A DNA stretch of 64,000 nt from Anaerolineae bacterium (GTDB lineage: Bacteria; Chloroflexota; Anaerolineae; UBA1429), in assembly GCA_963675785.1 (NCBI GenBank), contig OY776562.1, positions 1,120,001 through 1,184,000 on the forward strand, written 5' to 3'. Below the pieces are notes generated by a model, which saw nothing but the letters and a program-made list of their open reading frames with translations, had not been told where the DNA came from and did not search any database. Both the position numbers and the translations under genes were made by a program. Of the stretch, positions 25,751 through 36,618 are shown piece after piece (the first letter of the stretch is position 1; each line of letters starts with the position of its first letter).

Positions 25751-27344
25751 TCTGAGCCATGTCACCTACACCTATCCTTCGGCTGCACGCCCGGCCTTGG
25801 TAGATTGCAGCTTGGATATCCCTTCCGGCACGTTTTGTTTGGTTATCGGCCCTTCCGGTGCTGGCAAATCCACCCTTTTGCGCACCCTCAATGGCCTGGT
25901 GCCCCATTTTAGCGGTGGGCGCATCGCCGGTTCTGTCCACGTCGGCGATCACGACCCTTTGCAAGAAGGGCCGCGCGTGCTGGCCCACCACATAGGCTTT
26001 GTCTTTCAAGATCCTGAATCCCAGTGCATCATGGATCGCGTCGAAGATGACATCGCTTTTGTGTTAGAGAATCAGGCTGTTCCTCCCTCGCTCATGCACG
26101 AACGTGTGCAGCATGTGCTTGATCTGTTGAGTGTTGCCCATCTGCGAGATCGCCGCATCGAAACCCTTTCCGGTGGCGAACGTCAGCGTGTGGCTCTGGC
26201 TGCTGCTTTGGTACAAGAGCCAAGTGTGTTAGTGCTAGATGAACCCACATCCCAACTCGATCCCGAGTCCGCTGCTGATGTCCTCGATGCTATAGTCGAG
26301 CTGCATCGCCGTCTGGGGCTCACCGTCATTCTCTCTGAGCATCGCCTGGAGCGCGTGCTCGATTTGGCCGATCAAGTTGTGCTGGTTCATGCCGATGGCA
26401 CGGTCTCTTCGGGTGCTCCCCGTGCCATGCTCAGTCAGGCGGCATCGGTGCCTCCTGTGTTTGATCTGGGTCAGCGTTTGGGTTGGGAGCCCTTGCCGCT
26501 CACCTTGCCCCAGGCCCGAGAGCATTTTGTGGGTAGGCATCTGGCATTAGCTGAAGCACAAATACCCACACAGCCCAAATCGGCGTCTGTTCTTGAGGTG
26601 TGCGGCTTGTACGCTGACTATGGCGGAGAGCCTGTGCTGCAGGGCGCATCTCTACAATTGGCTGCTGGCCAGATCACGGCGCTCATGGGGCGTAACGGCA
26701 CTGGCAAAACCACCTTGCTGCGCTCGATTGTGGGCCTTCACCAGCGCCGCAGTGGCGATATTTCGCTCAATGGGCAATCTATCAACGAACGCCCGGCTAG
26801 TGAGATTTGCCGTGAGATCGGTTATCTTCCCCAACGCCCTGATGATCTCCTCTTTGCCGATACCGTGGCAGAAGAACTGCAAGTGACCCTGCGTAACCAC
26901 GGCTTGACCGAGAGCCCGCCACTGGATTGCGAGGCTCTGCTTGCTTCATTGGGGCTCGAAACGTTAGCTTCGCTCTATCCTCGCGATTTATCAGTGGGGC
27001 AGAGGCAGCGCGTGGCTTTGGCGGCAATCATGGTCACCAAGCCGCAAGTGCTGCTGCTTGATGAGCCAACCCGCGGTCTGGATGCGGCCCTCAAGCGCGC
27101 TTTGCTCTCGCTCTTGCGTCAGTGGTGTCGCGATGGCATCGCCGTGCTCATCTCTACCCACGATGTCGAGCTGGTGGCCGAAGCTGCCGATGCCGTTCTG
27201 TTGCTTGAGGGCGGCCATATTGCCGCGAGCGGTTGCCCAGAGGATGTTTTGCCCCTTCTTGGAGACAACGGTCCCCAGATGGCCCAGTTGCTTCCGGGTG
27301 CGCACTGCGTGACGGTCGATCAGGCTGTGCGTTTGCTCAACTAA
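25740..27344 (+). CDS. ECF transporter duplicated ATPase (two ABC domains)
   Basis: GPSGAGKST / LSGGE / LDEP and GRNGTGKTT / LSVGQ / LLDEP. Confidence 0.92.
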   Translation: MKISLSHVTYTYPSAARPALVDCSLDIPSGTFCLVIGPSGAGKSTLLRTLNGLVPHFSGGRIAGSVHVGDHDPLQEGPRVLAHHIGFVFQDPESQCIMDRVEDDIAFVLENQAVPPSLMHERVQHVLDLLSVAHLRDRRIETLSGGERQRVALAAALVQEPSVLVLDEPTSQLDPESAADVLDAIVELHRRLGLTVILSEHRLERVLDLADQVVLVHADGTVSSGAPRAMLSQAASVPPVFDLGQRLGWEPLPLTLPQAREHFVGRHLALAEAQIPTQPKSASVLEVCGLYADYGGEPVLQGASLQLAAGQITALMGRNGTGKTTLLRSIVGLHQRRSGDISLNGQSINERPASEICREIGYLPQRPDDLLFADTVAEELQVTLRNHGLTESPPLDCEALLASLGLETLASLYPRDLSVGQRQRVALAAIMVTKPQVLLLDEPTRGLDAALKRALLSLLRQWCRDGIAVLISTHDVELVAEAADAVLLLEGGHIAASGCPEDVLPLLGDNGPQMAQLLPGAHCVTVDQAVRLLN

Positions 27345-27414
27345 CCCCTTTCTGAGCCTTGTTTTCCCCTTCTTGCTGTGTTAGCTTTCACTCGGCATAA
27401 CAAGGGAGGTTACT

Positions 27415-28224
27415 GTGAGCGAGGCAAATCCGACGCTTCTCGTTGTTGGTGCGCACCCCGATGATTGCGACTTTTCAACCGGCGGCACCGCTGCCCTCTG
27501 GGCTCGCGCGGGCCGTCAAGTGCATTTCCTTTCCCTGACCAATGGTGACGCAGGCCACCATATCACCTGGGGCTCTGAATTGGCTGCTCGCCGTAAGGCT
27601 GAGGCCGCCCACGCCGCTGCCGTTTTGGGCGTGCATTATGATGTCTGGGATGTCCACGATGGCTATCTCGAAGCGACCATTCCCCTCCGCTTGGAGCTCA
27701 TCCGCGCCATCCATCGCTTGAACCCCGACGTGGTCATCTGTCCCCGCCTGTGGGACTATCACCCCGATCATCGCGCCGCCTCTCAGCTCGTACAGGATGC
27801 TTCTTATTTGCTCATGGTGCCTGCCGTAGCGAACGATGTGCCGCCACTTACTCGCATGCCCATCATCCTCAACTGCTGGGATCATTTTCGTGAGCCCTCT
27901 CCTTTTCGCTGTGATGTCATAGTTGATATCGAATCCGTGCTGAATACCAAGGTCGAGGCTTTGGCCTGTCACGAATCGCAAGTATTCGAGTGGTTGCCCC
28001 ATGTGGATGGTCATGATAACGCCGTTCCCACAGACCGGACTGGGCGCATCGCTATGCTTCGGGCTGTTCTGGAAGCGCGTGCCCATGCCCTCGCTAATGA
28101 TTGTCTTCCCACTGAAAAGCAGGGCTGCTTGCGCTTTGCCGAGGCATTTCAGTTGTCCGAATATGGGCGTCAGGTTTCTTTCGAGGAGTTGGGCGATCTT
28201 TTTGGCCTGGCTGTAAGCCAATAG
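27415..28224 (+). CDS. PIG-L/LmbE family deacetylase
   Basis: GAHPDD and DYHPDH metal motifs, HESQ; GTG start after GGGAGG. Confidence 0.9.
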   Translation: MSEANPTLLVVGAHPDDCDFSTGGTAALWARAGRQVHFLSLTNGDAGHHITWGSELAARRKAEAAHAAAVLGVHYDVWDVHDGYLEATIPLRLELIRAIHRLNPDVVICPRLWDYHPDHRAASQLVQDASYLLMVPAVANDVPPLTRMPIILNCWDHFREPSPFRCDVIVDIESVLNTKVEALACHESQVFEWLPHVDGHDNAVPTDRTGRIAMLRAVLEARAHALANDCLPTEKQGCLRFAEAFQLSEYGRQVSFEELGDLFGLAVSQ

Positions 28225-28257
28225 CCGTGTTTGCAAGAGTGTCTTGGAGGAGGAGAT

Positions 28258-29382
28258 ATGTTTGAGCATCGTGATGCAGAAAAGACGATCTTTCAGGATC
28301 CAGTAACTGGGCGCGAGATCTGGCGGCTGACCAACGGCCCTTTGGATGACCGCCACACTTACTTTGACGTATTCCCTTGGAGCCCGGATGGTCGTCATAT
28401 CGTGTTTTCCTCAGCCCGGCCTGAGGATACGACAGTGCCTCTGGGTGACCTGTTGACTACGCAGCATGGGCAAATCTATTTGATGGACACCGAGACATTC
28501 GCCTTTGAAAAGCTCGCCGATGGTGCCTTTTTCGATACCCATACAGGCTCTTTTACCGCTTGGCATCCCACTGGGCAGGGAGTTTTCTTCCGCTACTCCC
28601 CACGAGAGATCGGCTATGTCGATATCGACACCAAAGAGGTCTCGCGTTTCCCTGGCCAAATGCGCCAAATCAGCCCCGATGGCACCACCTTTGTCTACAC
28701 CGTAACACCACCTGCGCCCATGGCCGAACGCGGCGTCTATCTGATGGACATCGATGGCAGCAATGCCCGCCGTGTCATCACCACCAAAGAAATCTATGAC
28801 CTCACGCCCAATCGCGACCAATTCACCCTAGATGACATCCGCACCGGCAATACCAAGTGGTCTCCAGACGGTGAACACATCTTGCTGACCATCTGGATCA
28901 AGCTGGATTTGCAAGCACGCAAATACAGCGAAAAGGGTATCCGCCGCAGCCTCTACATCTGTGATAAAGATGGCGGCAACCTCCGTTGGCTCTCTTACAC
29001 GGGGCATCACCATTCTTGGCTGCCCGATGGCTCCGGTGTTATGTTCTGCGAATGGCTCGATCCCATCGCCCAGACGGGCCCGCGTGTCTATCTGGTTGAT
29101 TTTGACGGCTGTAACAGGCGCTTGCTTATCGATGATGACCTGGGCGGGCATCCGGGCATGGATCCTACCATGAAGCGCGTGGCCACTTGGGATGAAAAGG
29201 GCGTCATTGTCGTAGATGTGGACGCGCAAAAGCTCGGTTATGTAGCTATATTTGGGCCATCTGGCTTTGATATGAGCCATGAAGGCTGTCATCCACATCC
29301 CATCTGGAGCGCTGATGGCTCACAGCTTTTGTACAACGACGCTCAGTTTGGCCGCAGCCAGCTTTGTCTGATGCCTTTCTAG
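28258..29382 (+). CDS. Oligogalacturonate lyase-like / TolB-type beta-propeller protein
   Basis: DPVTGREIWRLT, HTYF..PWSPDG, repeated WSPDG, HPHPIWS. Confidence 0.7.
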   Translation: MFEHRDAEKTIFQDPVTGREIWRLTNGPLDDRHTYFDVFPWSPDGRHIVFSSARPEDTTVPLGDLLTTQHGQIYLMDTETFAFEKLADGAFFDTHTGSFTAWHPTGQGVFFRYSPREIGYVDIDTKEVSRFPGQMRQISPDGTTFVYTVTPPAPMAERGVYLMDIDGSNARRVITTKEIYDLTPNRDQFTLDDIRTGNTKWSPDGEHILLTIWIKLDLQARKYSEKGIRRSLYICDKDGGNLRWLSYTGHHHSWLPDGSGVMFCEWLDPIAQTGPRVYLVDFDGCNRRLLIDDDLGGHPGMDPTMKRVATWDEKGVIVVDVDAQKLGYVAIFGPSGFDMSHEGCHPHPIWSADGSQLLYNDAQFGRSQLCLMPF

Positions 29383-29572
29383 GTTTTATAGGAAAAGTGG
29401 CTTGTGCAACATGCACGAATATTTGGAAATCTTTATATTTTAGGTTGCTAACCCGGATTATGTTACTTATACTGACGCCGCATCTAGGTCATCTGCACAT
29501 GTGCGAATGGCGGGTGTATCCGGGGGGGAGGATGGCTCCCACTTGTGTGCGCAAATAGAGGAGGATTAGCGC

Positions 29573-31591
29573 ATGAAAGTTTCACGTAGAGAGTTTGTAC
29601 GCGTGTCAGCCCTGGCAGCAGCAGGAACTGTGGCAGCGGCTTGTTCTCAACCAACTGCTACTCCTGCACCAGTGGCGACGACCGCACCGACCACTGCACC
29701 AACTGTTGCCGCAACTGCGACAACTGCCGCCGCTGTTCCACCAACAGCAGTTCCAGAGCCCACAACTGTATTAAGTCTTTACAACGAGGCCCCTGCATTG
29801 GCCGAGTTGGTTGCCAGCGGCGCATTGCCGCCGGTAGAAGATCGTCTCCCAGTGAATCCGCTGATCTTGCAGGTACTGGAAGAGACCGGCCAGTATGGCG
29901 GCATCATTCGCCGTGGTTTCAAGGGTGTCTCGGACGGCACCGGCCCCTGGAAGATGGTTGTGCAGTTCATGGTTTTTTATACCTATGATTTGGCTCTGCG
30001 CCCCAATATTGCCGAATCGTGGGAATCAAACGAAGACGCCAGCGAGTGGACTTTCCATCTTCGCGAGGGTATGAACTGGTCTGATGGTACGCCCTATACT
30101 GCCGACGCCTTTACCTGGTGGTGGGAATATCGTCAGAACAACAAGGATATCCAGACTAGCCCTTCCGTTTGGATGACGACGGGCTCTGAAAAGACGCCTG
30201 CTGTGCTTACTGCACCCGATGACTATACCGTGGTCTTTAGTTTTGCCGACCCCAACCCTTTGTTTATCTACCAGATTGCGCAGTATGAGTGCGGTCTCCC
30301 TGGCCATTATTTGGCCCAGTACCATATGGATCTGACCGACGATCAAGATGCGCTTCAGGCTATGGTGACAGAAAAGGGTTACGAGACCTGGGTGGACGTC
30401 TTCACAGAGAAGGAAACCTTCCGCCTCAACAATGAGTGCCCCACCATCTATGCATGGACCGGCACAGATACCACCTTGCAGGACGAGATCTTTATCCTGG
30501 AGCGGAATCCTTATTTCTGGCAGGTCGATGTCGATGGCAATCAGTTGCCTTATATCGACAAACTTCAACACCGGTTGTTCGAGACCACCGATGTCTTTAA
30601 CATGTGGATCTTGAACGGCGAAATCGACTTTCAGGCACGCCATGTCAGTGTGGCCGACTGGGTGCTGCTCAAAGAAAGCGAAGCTGCGGGTGGCTACAAG
30701 GTGCACTATGCAGCCGACGATGCGACCTGGACGCTCTTCCCGAACCAAACCACGCCCGATCCAGATGTGCGTGCCTTCCTGGATGATAAGAATGTGCGCA
30801 AGGCCCTTTCTTACGCCATGAACCGCGAAGAAATCAACGAGCTGGTGTTTGACGGCCTCTATACGCCGCGTCAGTTCAGCCCGCCATCGGCATCGCCGCA
30901 GTACTATGAGCCTCTGACCAACGCCTATATCGAGTATGACCCCGATATGGCCAACCAATTGCTGGATGAGGCTGGCTACACAGCCAAAGACGCAGAAGGT
31001 TATCGTCTGACATTGGATGGCAGCAAGACGTTGAGCTTTGTCATCGAGTCCTCAGATACTGGTCATGACGACGAGATGGAAATGATGACGACCTACCTGA
31101 CTGCTGTGGGCGTCAAGTGCTCGTACAACATTCCCGAACGTTCGTTGGTTGAGGAGCACTGCTCCAGCAACCAGATCCAGATTCGCTACACTCTGGCCAG
31201 CCGCGCCATGCTGCCGTTGGTAGACCCGGCCTTCTTCCTAGGCCTCGCTATCGACAAATGCTTTGGGGCAGCTTGGAAGCTATGGTACGATGATCCGACC
31301 GGACCTTTGGCTGAAGAGCCGCCTGCGGATGGTTTCGCCAAGGAGATGTGGGCGCTCTGGGAAGAGATCAAGGTCGAGCCGGAAGCAGCGCAGCAGACTG
31401 CCAAGTTCCTGGACATCCTGGATATCGCCCGCGAAGAGCTGCCGTACATCGGCATCGTGGGTGTCGGCCCGGCGCCGATCATTGTGCGCAATGGTTTGCG
31501 CAACCTGCCCATCGATTATCACATGCCTTACTCAAACCCCATCATTCACGATGGCTTTGTACCTCTTGCCACCTACTGGTGGGAAGAATAA
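29573..31591 (+). CDS. ABC transporter substrate-binding lipoprotein, family 5, Tat-exported
   Basis: SRREF twin-Arg plus AAAC lipobox, PT linker, EAP.L...LPPVEDRLP, LREGMNWSDG, ERNPYFW...GNQLPYID. Confidence 0.92.
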   Translation: MKVSRREFVRVSALAAAGTVAAACSQPTATPAPVATTAPTTAPTVAATATTAAAVPPTAVPEPTTVLSLYNEAPALAELVASGALPPVEDRLPVNPLILQVLEETGQYGGIIRRGFKGVSDGTGPWKMVVQFMVFYTYDLALRPNIAESWESNEDASEWTFHLREGMNWSDGTPYTADAFTWWWEYRQNNKDIQTSPSVWMTTGSEKTPAVLTAPDDYTVVFSFADPNPLFIYQIAQYECGLPGHYLAQYHMDLTDDQDALQAMVTEKGYETWVDVFTEKETFRLNNECPTIYAWTGTDTTLQDEIFILERNPYFWQVDVDGNQLPYIDKLQHRLFETTDVFNMWILNGEIDFQARHVSVADWVLLKESEAAGGYKVHYAADDATWTLFPNQTTPDPDVRAFLDDKNVRKALSYAMNREEINELVFDGLYTPRQFSPPSASPQYYEPLTNAYIEYDPDMANQLLDEAGYTAKDAEGYRLTLDGSKTLSFVIESSDTGHDDEMEMMTTYLTAVGVKCSYNIPERSLVEEHCSSNQIQIRYTLASRAMLPLVDPAFFLGLAIDKCFGAAWKLWYDDPTGPLAEEPPADGFAKEMWALWEEIKVEPEAAQQTAKFLDILDIAREELPYIGIVGVGPAPIIVRNGLRNLPIDYHMPYSNPIIHDGFVPLATYWWEE

Positions 31592-31617
31592 GCCAAGCAC
31601 GGCTGCTCGTTTCAACA

Positions 31618-31653
31618 AGAGGGAGATGGTCAACGACCATCTCCCTCTCTTTT
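31618..31653 (+). terminator. Rho-independent terminator
   Basis: AGAGGGAGATGGTC / GACCATCTCCCTCT stem followed by CTTTT. Confidence 0.85.
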
Positions 31654-31850
31654 GTTTGCCTTTTTTCACAGAAAACACATGGCACAGGAGTGAGGAGCGT
31701 ACTATACTAAAATCGTTGGTTAAAAAGATGGGGCACTGGTAGAGTTAGTAGAGTGCACGAAGAGCATAGTGGTTTTGTGACATGCAATTAAAACGCGCGC
31801 GCGTTTTGCGCACCATACGTGTGGTAGCAAAATCTGGGAGGAATGATCGG

Positions 31851-32717
31851 ATGAGCATAACATTTTCTTGGCCTGAAGAATCGGAGCGAAGCAAGGATGC
31901 GCTAAAGCGTCCGGATGGCGTCGATCAGTTCAGGGTACTCCCCGGTCAAGAGGTAGACTTGGATGAATACCCGACTCGCTACGAGGGAGAGATTACCAAG
32001 AAAAAGGCGCTCAAAGAGCTTGAGCAAAGCAAGAAACGCCTCAACCTTTTGCAGCAGCTTCTTTATGCTACCGAAAAACGGTCTCTTCTCGTGGTGTTGC
32101 AGGGTATGGATACTTCAGGCAAAGACGGCACCATCAAGCATGTGATGGATGCGTTCAATCCCCAGGGATGCCAGGTATCTGGCTTTAAGGCACCTACATC
32201 CGAAGAGCTGCGCCACGACTTTCTCTGGCGCGTTCACAAAGTGGTGCCTGCGCGGGGTATGGTGGGCATCTTTAACCGCTCTCATTATGAGGATGTGCTT
32301 ATCCAACGCGTTGAGGAAATGGTGCCCAAAGCTGTATGGCGCGGCCGCTATGAATCAATTCGCGAATTTGAAGAGTCTATTACAGAGGCAGGCACTATTG
32401 TCGTCAAGTTCTTTCTCCATATCTCGCCGGATGAGCAAAAGAAACGGCTGGAGGATCGCCTGGCCGACCCAACGGCCCAGTGGAAGTTCAAAGTAGGCGA
32501 TCTGCGGGTTAGGGCCAAGTGGGATGAATACCAGACTGCTTATGAGGATGCCCTGACTGAATGCTCCACAGAGATTGCTCCCTGGTACATTGTGCCGGCC
32601 GACCGCAAATGGTATCGCAATTTGGTGGTCTCTCGGGTGTTGGAAAAGACGCTGAGTGATCTCGATTTGGAATGGCCTCCGCTAGAAGAGGAAGCCAAAG
32701 GCATCGAAATCGAATAA
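31851..32717 (+). CDS. ppk2: Polyphosphate kinase 2 (class III-like)
   Basis: GMDTSGKDG Walker A, HDFLWR, FNRSHYEDV, PWYIVPADRKW. Confidence 0.93.
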   Translation: MSITFSWPEESERSKDALKRPDGVDQFRVLPGQEVDLDEYPTRYEGEITKKKALKELEQSKKRLNLLQQLLYATEKRSLLVVLQGMDTSGKDGTIKHVMDAFNPQGCQVSGFKAPTSEELRHDFLWRVHKVVPARGMVGIFNRSHYEDVLIQRVEEMVPKAVWRGRYESIREFEESITEAGTIVVKFFLHISPDEQKKRLEDRLADPTAQWKFKVGDLRVRAKWDEYQTAYEDALTECSTEIAPWYIVPADRKWYRNLVVSRVLEKTLSDLDLEWPPLEEEAKGIEIE

Positions 32718-32735
32718 CCAGAGGCCTTGCTTTGG

Positions 32736-33989
32736 TTAGGGTGTCAAACGCCTGTAGACGCGCTCCATTCTCGGCAGAATGGTGGTCCAGTCATAGTTCT
32801 CGCGTACAAAAGTCTGCCCAGCCTGTCCGAGGGCTTCACGGCGTTTGGCATCAGAGAACAGCAACAAAATGCTGTTGGCAAACCCATCCTCTGTATCCGC
32901 CAGCAGCGCATGTTTTCCGTTCTCCAGCTCGATTCCTTCGCTTCCCAGAATAGTAGATACCAGCGCTTTGCCTGCGGCCAGTGCTTCCAGAACTTTGAGC
33001 CGGGTTCCACCACCAATACGCATGGGCACCGTACAAACGGTGGCCTGTTTCAAGTAGGGCAGCATGTCATCTACAAATCCGGTAACAACCACACGATCCA
33101 TGCTGCGCAATCTGTCCAAGCGGGCATGGGGGTTCTTACCCACAATATATACTCGGGCCTCGGGTTCCTTTTGCCAGACATACGGCATAACCTGGTCGAC
33201 CAACCACAAGGCCGCATCCACATTGGGGCGATAGTCCATCTTGCCGGCAAAAAGAATCGCTGGCTCTTGCATTACATGTGGGAACTCAGCTTGCTGTTCA
33301 TAGTGGCTTACGTCTACCGCGTTCGGAACAGTCACAACTTCGACCAGGGCCAGTTCAGCTAGTGCTCGAGCATCCAAACGTGAGACGCAACTAACTGCAT
33401 CAGCCGCCTGGCAAACCAGCCTTTCAAAATGCCGCAATCTTTCAGCCTGAAGCCGTGAATAAACGGCAGTATGCGCATGTCGCAGCTCCGTGATATCCGT
33501 CTCAAAGGCGCGAAGCTGCAAGACATATTCGGCATTGTGATCGTCGAATAACAAGCGGGGAGCATAAGGCCGACGTTCAGCAATCTTGAGCAAATACGTG
33601 CCCAACTCTAGCCCTTCAAACTGAATGATGTCGGGCTTGAATGACGCGATCATTCTATCCAGCGCTTTTGCCATCTCTGAAGACGCATAGCGATAGACCA
33701 TATCCGGCAGTGTCGAAGCAATCAATCCGCGCAGCCGGGTTTTGTTTGAGTGTAGGGGAGGCGCAACAATTTGAAGATCTTCACAAAGCGAGCTGAGGTG
33801 CTCATAGTCCAGGGATGGATCACCGAAACACAAAAGGGCGACGGCGCCTCTTTGGGCAGCCCCCGCCAACAAATGATAGTTTCGCAGAGCACTCCCTTGT
33901 TGCGGTGGATAGGGCACATTGGGAATAACAAAAAGGATGCGTCGCGCCTGTTCTGCTGGCATCTCCAACCCATTCCTTACTCTAGGCAA
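32736..33989 (-). CDS. Glycosyltransferase family 4
   Basis: PYPPQQG, DDHNAE, GKMDYRPN, GGGTRLKVLEALAAG. Confidence 0.9.
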   Translation of the reverse strand: MPRVRNGLEMPAEQARRILFVIPNVPYPPQQGSALRNYHLLAGAAQRGAVALLCFGDPSLDYEHLSSLCEDLQIVAPPLHSNKTRLRGLIASTLPDMVYRYASSEMAKALDRMIASFKPDIIQFEGLELGTYLLKIAERRPYAPRLLFDDHNAEYVLQLRAFETDITELRHAHTAVYSRLQAERLRHFERLVCQAADAVSCVSRLDARALAELALVEVVTVPNAVDVSHYEQQAEFPHVMQEPAILFAGKMDYRPNVDAALWLVDQVMPYVWQKEPEARVYIVGKNPHARLDRLRSMDRVVVTGFVDDMLPYLKQATVCTVPMRIGGGTRLKVLEALAAGKALVSTILGSEGIELENGKHALLADTEDGFANSILLLFSDAKRREALGQAGQTFVRENYDWTTILPRMERVYRRLTP

Positions 33990-35085
33990 GTTGATGATAG
34001 AGCTCTAGGGTCTGTCGCGCTGCCTTTTCCCAAGAAAAAGTAGCGGCCCTTTTGAGTCCCTTGGTTTGAAGCTTGGTTCTTAATTCGGAATCATGAAGAA
34101 CGCGCGAGAGTGCTACCGTCAATTCTTCCGCATCCGTCGGATCAAAAGTGAGGCCGGCATCGCCGACCACTTCGGGCAGTGAAGAAACATTGGATACGAC
34201 AACCGGCGTTCCGCAAGCCATTGCTTCCAGTGGTGTCAAACCAAAGCCCTCATACAGCGAAGGCAGAACAAGCGCTTCGGCGGCGTTATAGAGCGCAACC
34301 AGCTCCTGGTTTGAGACGCGTCCAACAAAGAGCACATTCTCAGTCAGGTCCAGCCGCTCGGTAAGATCGAATACTTCATCAAACAACCAACCGCGAGAGC
34401 CCGCTACTACCAGCTTGACACTGGAATCGTAGGAATCGAGAAGCTGCCTAAAGGCTCTAAGCAGAGTGGGGAGGTTTTTGCGGGGTTCGATGGTGCTGAC
34501 AAAGAGTAAGAAATCACCTGTTACGCCGAGATTGCCCTGAATCTGTTGTTTGGCCTTTTCTTTGTTCATTGGCCTGAACGCAGCGCTGGCCGCTTCATGA
34601 ATCACCGTCACCTTTTGCTCGGGGACGCCCAAAAGGCTCATGACATCTCGTTTAGTGGCTTGCGATACAGCAATAATTCCATCTGCTCGGCGCACCGCCT
34701 GGTCGATCTGGCCATAATACCTCGCCGAGGCCTTAGTCAAAAAATGTGGGTACATCATAAAAACGAGATCGTGAATAGTGATGACAGACTTGACGCCTGC
34801 CTTGAGAGGTGGAATAAAATCGGGGCTGTGCAAAAGCTCGATCCGGGTGGCGGCAATTTCCAGAGGTAACAAGTATTGCTCAAGCCGGTGATGGCTTGGC
34901 GTTATGAGGTGTCGCGTGCTAAAGCGATCACGGTCGATGATAGGTGCTTTATCATGCACGCTCTGGAATATGGTGAATTCGTCATCGCCCGGCAAAAGGG
35001 CCAGGGCTTGCATAAGTTGGACCGTATATTGGCTGATGCCAGCCTTTTGATAGTGCACGAGCCGGGCATCGATTCCGATCCGCAT
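33982..35085 (-). CDS. Glycosyltransferase family 4 (MtfB-like)
   Basis: [36 protein letters not shown]; start trimmed to ATG 35085. Confidence 0.92.
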   Translation of the reverse strand: MRIGIDARLVHYQKAGISQYTVQLMQALALLPGDDEFTIFQSVHDKAPIIDRDRFSTRHLITPSHHRLEQYLLPLEIAATRIELLHSPDFIPPLKAGVKSVITIHDLVFMMYPHFLTKASARYYGQIDQAVRRADGIIAVSQATKRDVMSLLGVPEQKVTVIHEAASAAFRPMNKEKAKQQIQGNLGVTGDFLLFVSTIEPRKNLPTLLRAFRQLLDSYDSSVKLVVAGSRGWLFDEVFDLTERLDLTENVLFVGRVSNQELVALYNAAEALVLPSLYEGFGLTPLEAMACGTPVVVSNVSSLPEVVGDAGLTFDPTDAEELTVALSRVLHDSELRTKLQTKGLKRAATFSWEKAARQTLELYHQLA

Positions 35086-35219
35086 AACCGCTCCTGTTAT
35101 TAAGCTAGATAATAATACCCCCTCGGCGGCCTTGGCCGGCACAAGGGGGCGACGGCGCATCCCTATCCACGCCTACAATCATATCATGCCTGTAAGTACA
35201 CGTCAAAGCCATTGTCCGT

Positions 35220-36497
35220 CTAGTCTTTTTGGGATGCTCGGAGTTGGGCTTTGTACTCTTGCATATCAATCACACGGCCCGTCCGGCGTGCTTCTTCTGC
35301 TGCAAACGACATCAGGTGGCTCTCCAAAGAAGCTCTGGCTGATGTTAGCGGCTCTGTATCCTCCCCCCGAACGGCCGCAATAAATGCCTTCATGACGCCA
35401 GCATCACCACCGCCGTGTCCGCTCTCAGAGCGCCCGGGCTCCAAACGATTCACATTGCCCGTCAGGTAATCGTGTGTCTCAATCAGCCAGGCCGATTCAC
35501 TGGCCCGCAGGGTAGCCTTGGTGGCATCGTAACGCATGGTGCGCACATTCTCATGTGAATGCCCTTGCATCACAAAATCAACGGTCGTTCCGTTTTCCAG
35601 TTCCATGGCCACAACCTGATGATCCACTGCCGAGTTATCGCAATGATAGACGCAACGCCCATAGGGGCCGTGTTGTAGCGCCTGCAGGCGTCCCTCGTAC
35701 GAAAGATCTTCGGTAATGGCGCTTACTGGCCAGCCTGTGCTCTCTGTAAGGTACTGGCGAGGTGCATAATAGGGGCAAGAATCGGCTGCAGGGCAGCCAT
35801 CCATACAGCGCTCGGGTGCTCCTGCCGGGGCATTCTCAGCTCCAAAGTGCGTCAACGCACCAAAAGAGGACAGTCGCTTGACCGGGCTTCCCAGCAGCCA
35901 ATAGAGGATATCCATATCATGGCAACACTTGGCCAGGATCATGGGAGAAGTCCGTTCTGTGTTCCCCCAGTTTCCTCGAACGAAAGAATGGGCCATGTGC
36001 CAGTAGGCAACGTTCTCACGGTGAGACACGTTAATGATCTCGCCGAGCTGATCTGAAGAAACGATCTGCTTGAGGGCCTGCCAGAACGGGGCATAACGCA
36101 TCACGTGGCATATCTGCAAAATCTGCCCAGCCTGCTCGGCAGCATCGACCAATCGCACGCAATCCTCGGGTCTGGTGGCCATGGGCTTTTCCAACAGGAC
36201 ATGGTATCCCTTTTGAAGGGCAGCCAGTGTCGATGCCAAATGCATCTGGTCCATCGTGGTATTCAGCAACCCTTCGCAGAGTTGCGGCACTGCTAAAAGC
36301 GCTTGCCAAGAATCAAAACATCTCTCCGCGGGTATGTCATGAGCCCTTGCGAAACGTTCTCTGCGAACAAGGTCAGGTTCAGCAACCGCTGTAAAACGAA
36401 CAAGCTGAGGATGCTGCAGCGCAAATTCACCATAGGCATAATAACCGCGGCCCCCGGCGCCTAGCAAGGCCAGCTCAACAGGTCTAGACATACTCAT
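35220..36497 (-). CDS. Gfo/Idh/MocA family oxidoreductase
   Basis: GAGGRG, LLEKP, HSFVRGNW, KCCHDMD, GHGGGD. Confidence 0.92.
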   Translation of the reverse strand: MSMSRPVELALLGAGGRGYYAYGEFALQHPQLVRFTAVAEPDLVRRERFARAHDIPAERCFDSWQALLAVPQLCEGLLNTTMDQMHLASTLAALQKGYHVLLEKPMATRPEDCVRLVDAAEQAGQILQICHVMRYAPFWQALKQIVSSDQLGEIINVSHRENVAYWHMAHSFVRGNWGNTERTSPMILAKCCHDMDILYWLLGSPVKRLSSFGALTHFGAENAPAGAPERCMDGCPAADSCPYYAPRQYLTESTGWPVSAITEDLSYEGRLQALQHGPYGRCVYHCDNSAVDHQVVAMELENGTTVDFVMQGHSHENVRTMRYDATKATLRASESAWLIETHDYLTGNVNRLEPGRSESGHGGGDAGVMKAFIAAVRGEDTEPLTSARASLESHLMSFAAEEARRTGRVIDMQEYKAQLRASQKD

Positions 36498-36618
36498 CAC
36501 CCTCCTCATGCGGACTGCGCCATGCTACTCAATAGCCGTGGCTGTGTCAACAGTTGGAAAGAGCTATTCGCTAGTGCCGTACCTTCTAGGGAGACCTTTG
36601 CCTTTATGGTGGTTGCGC

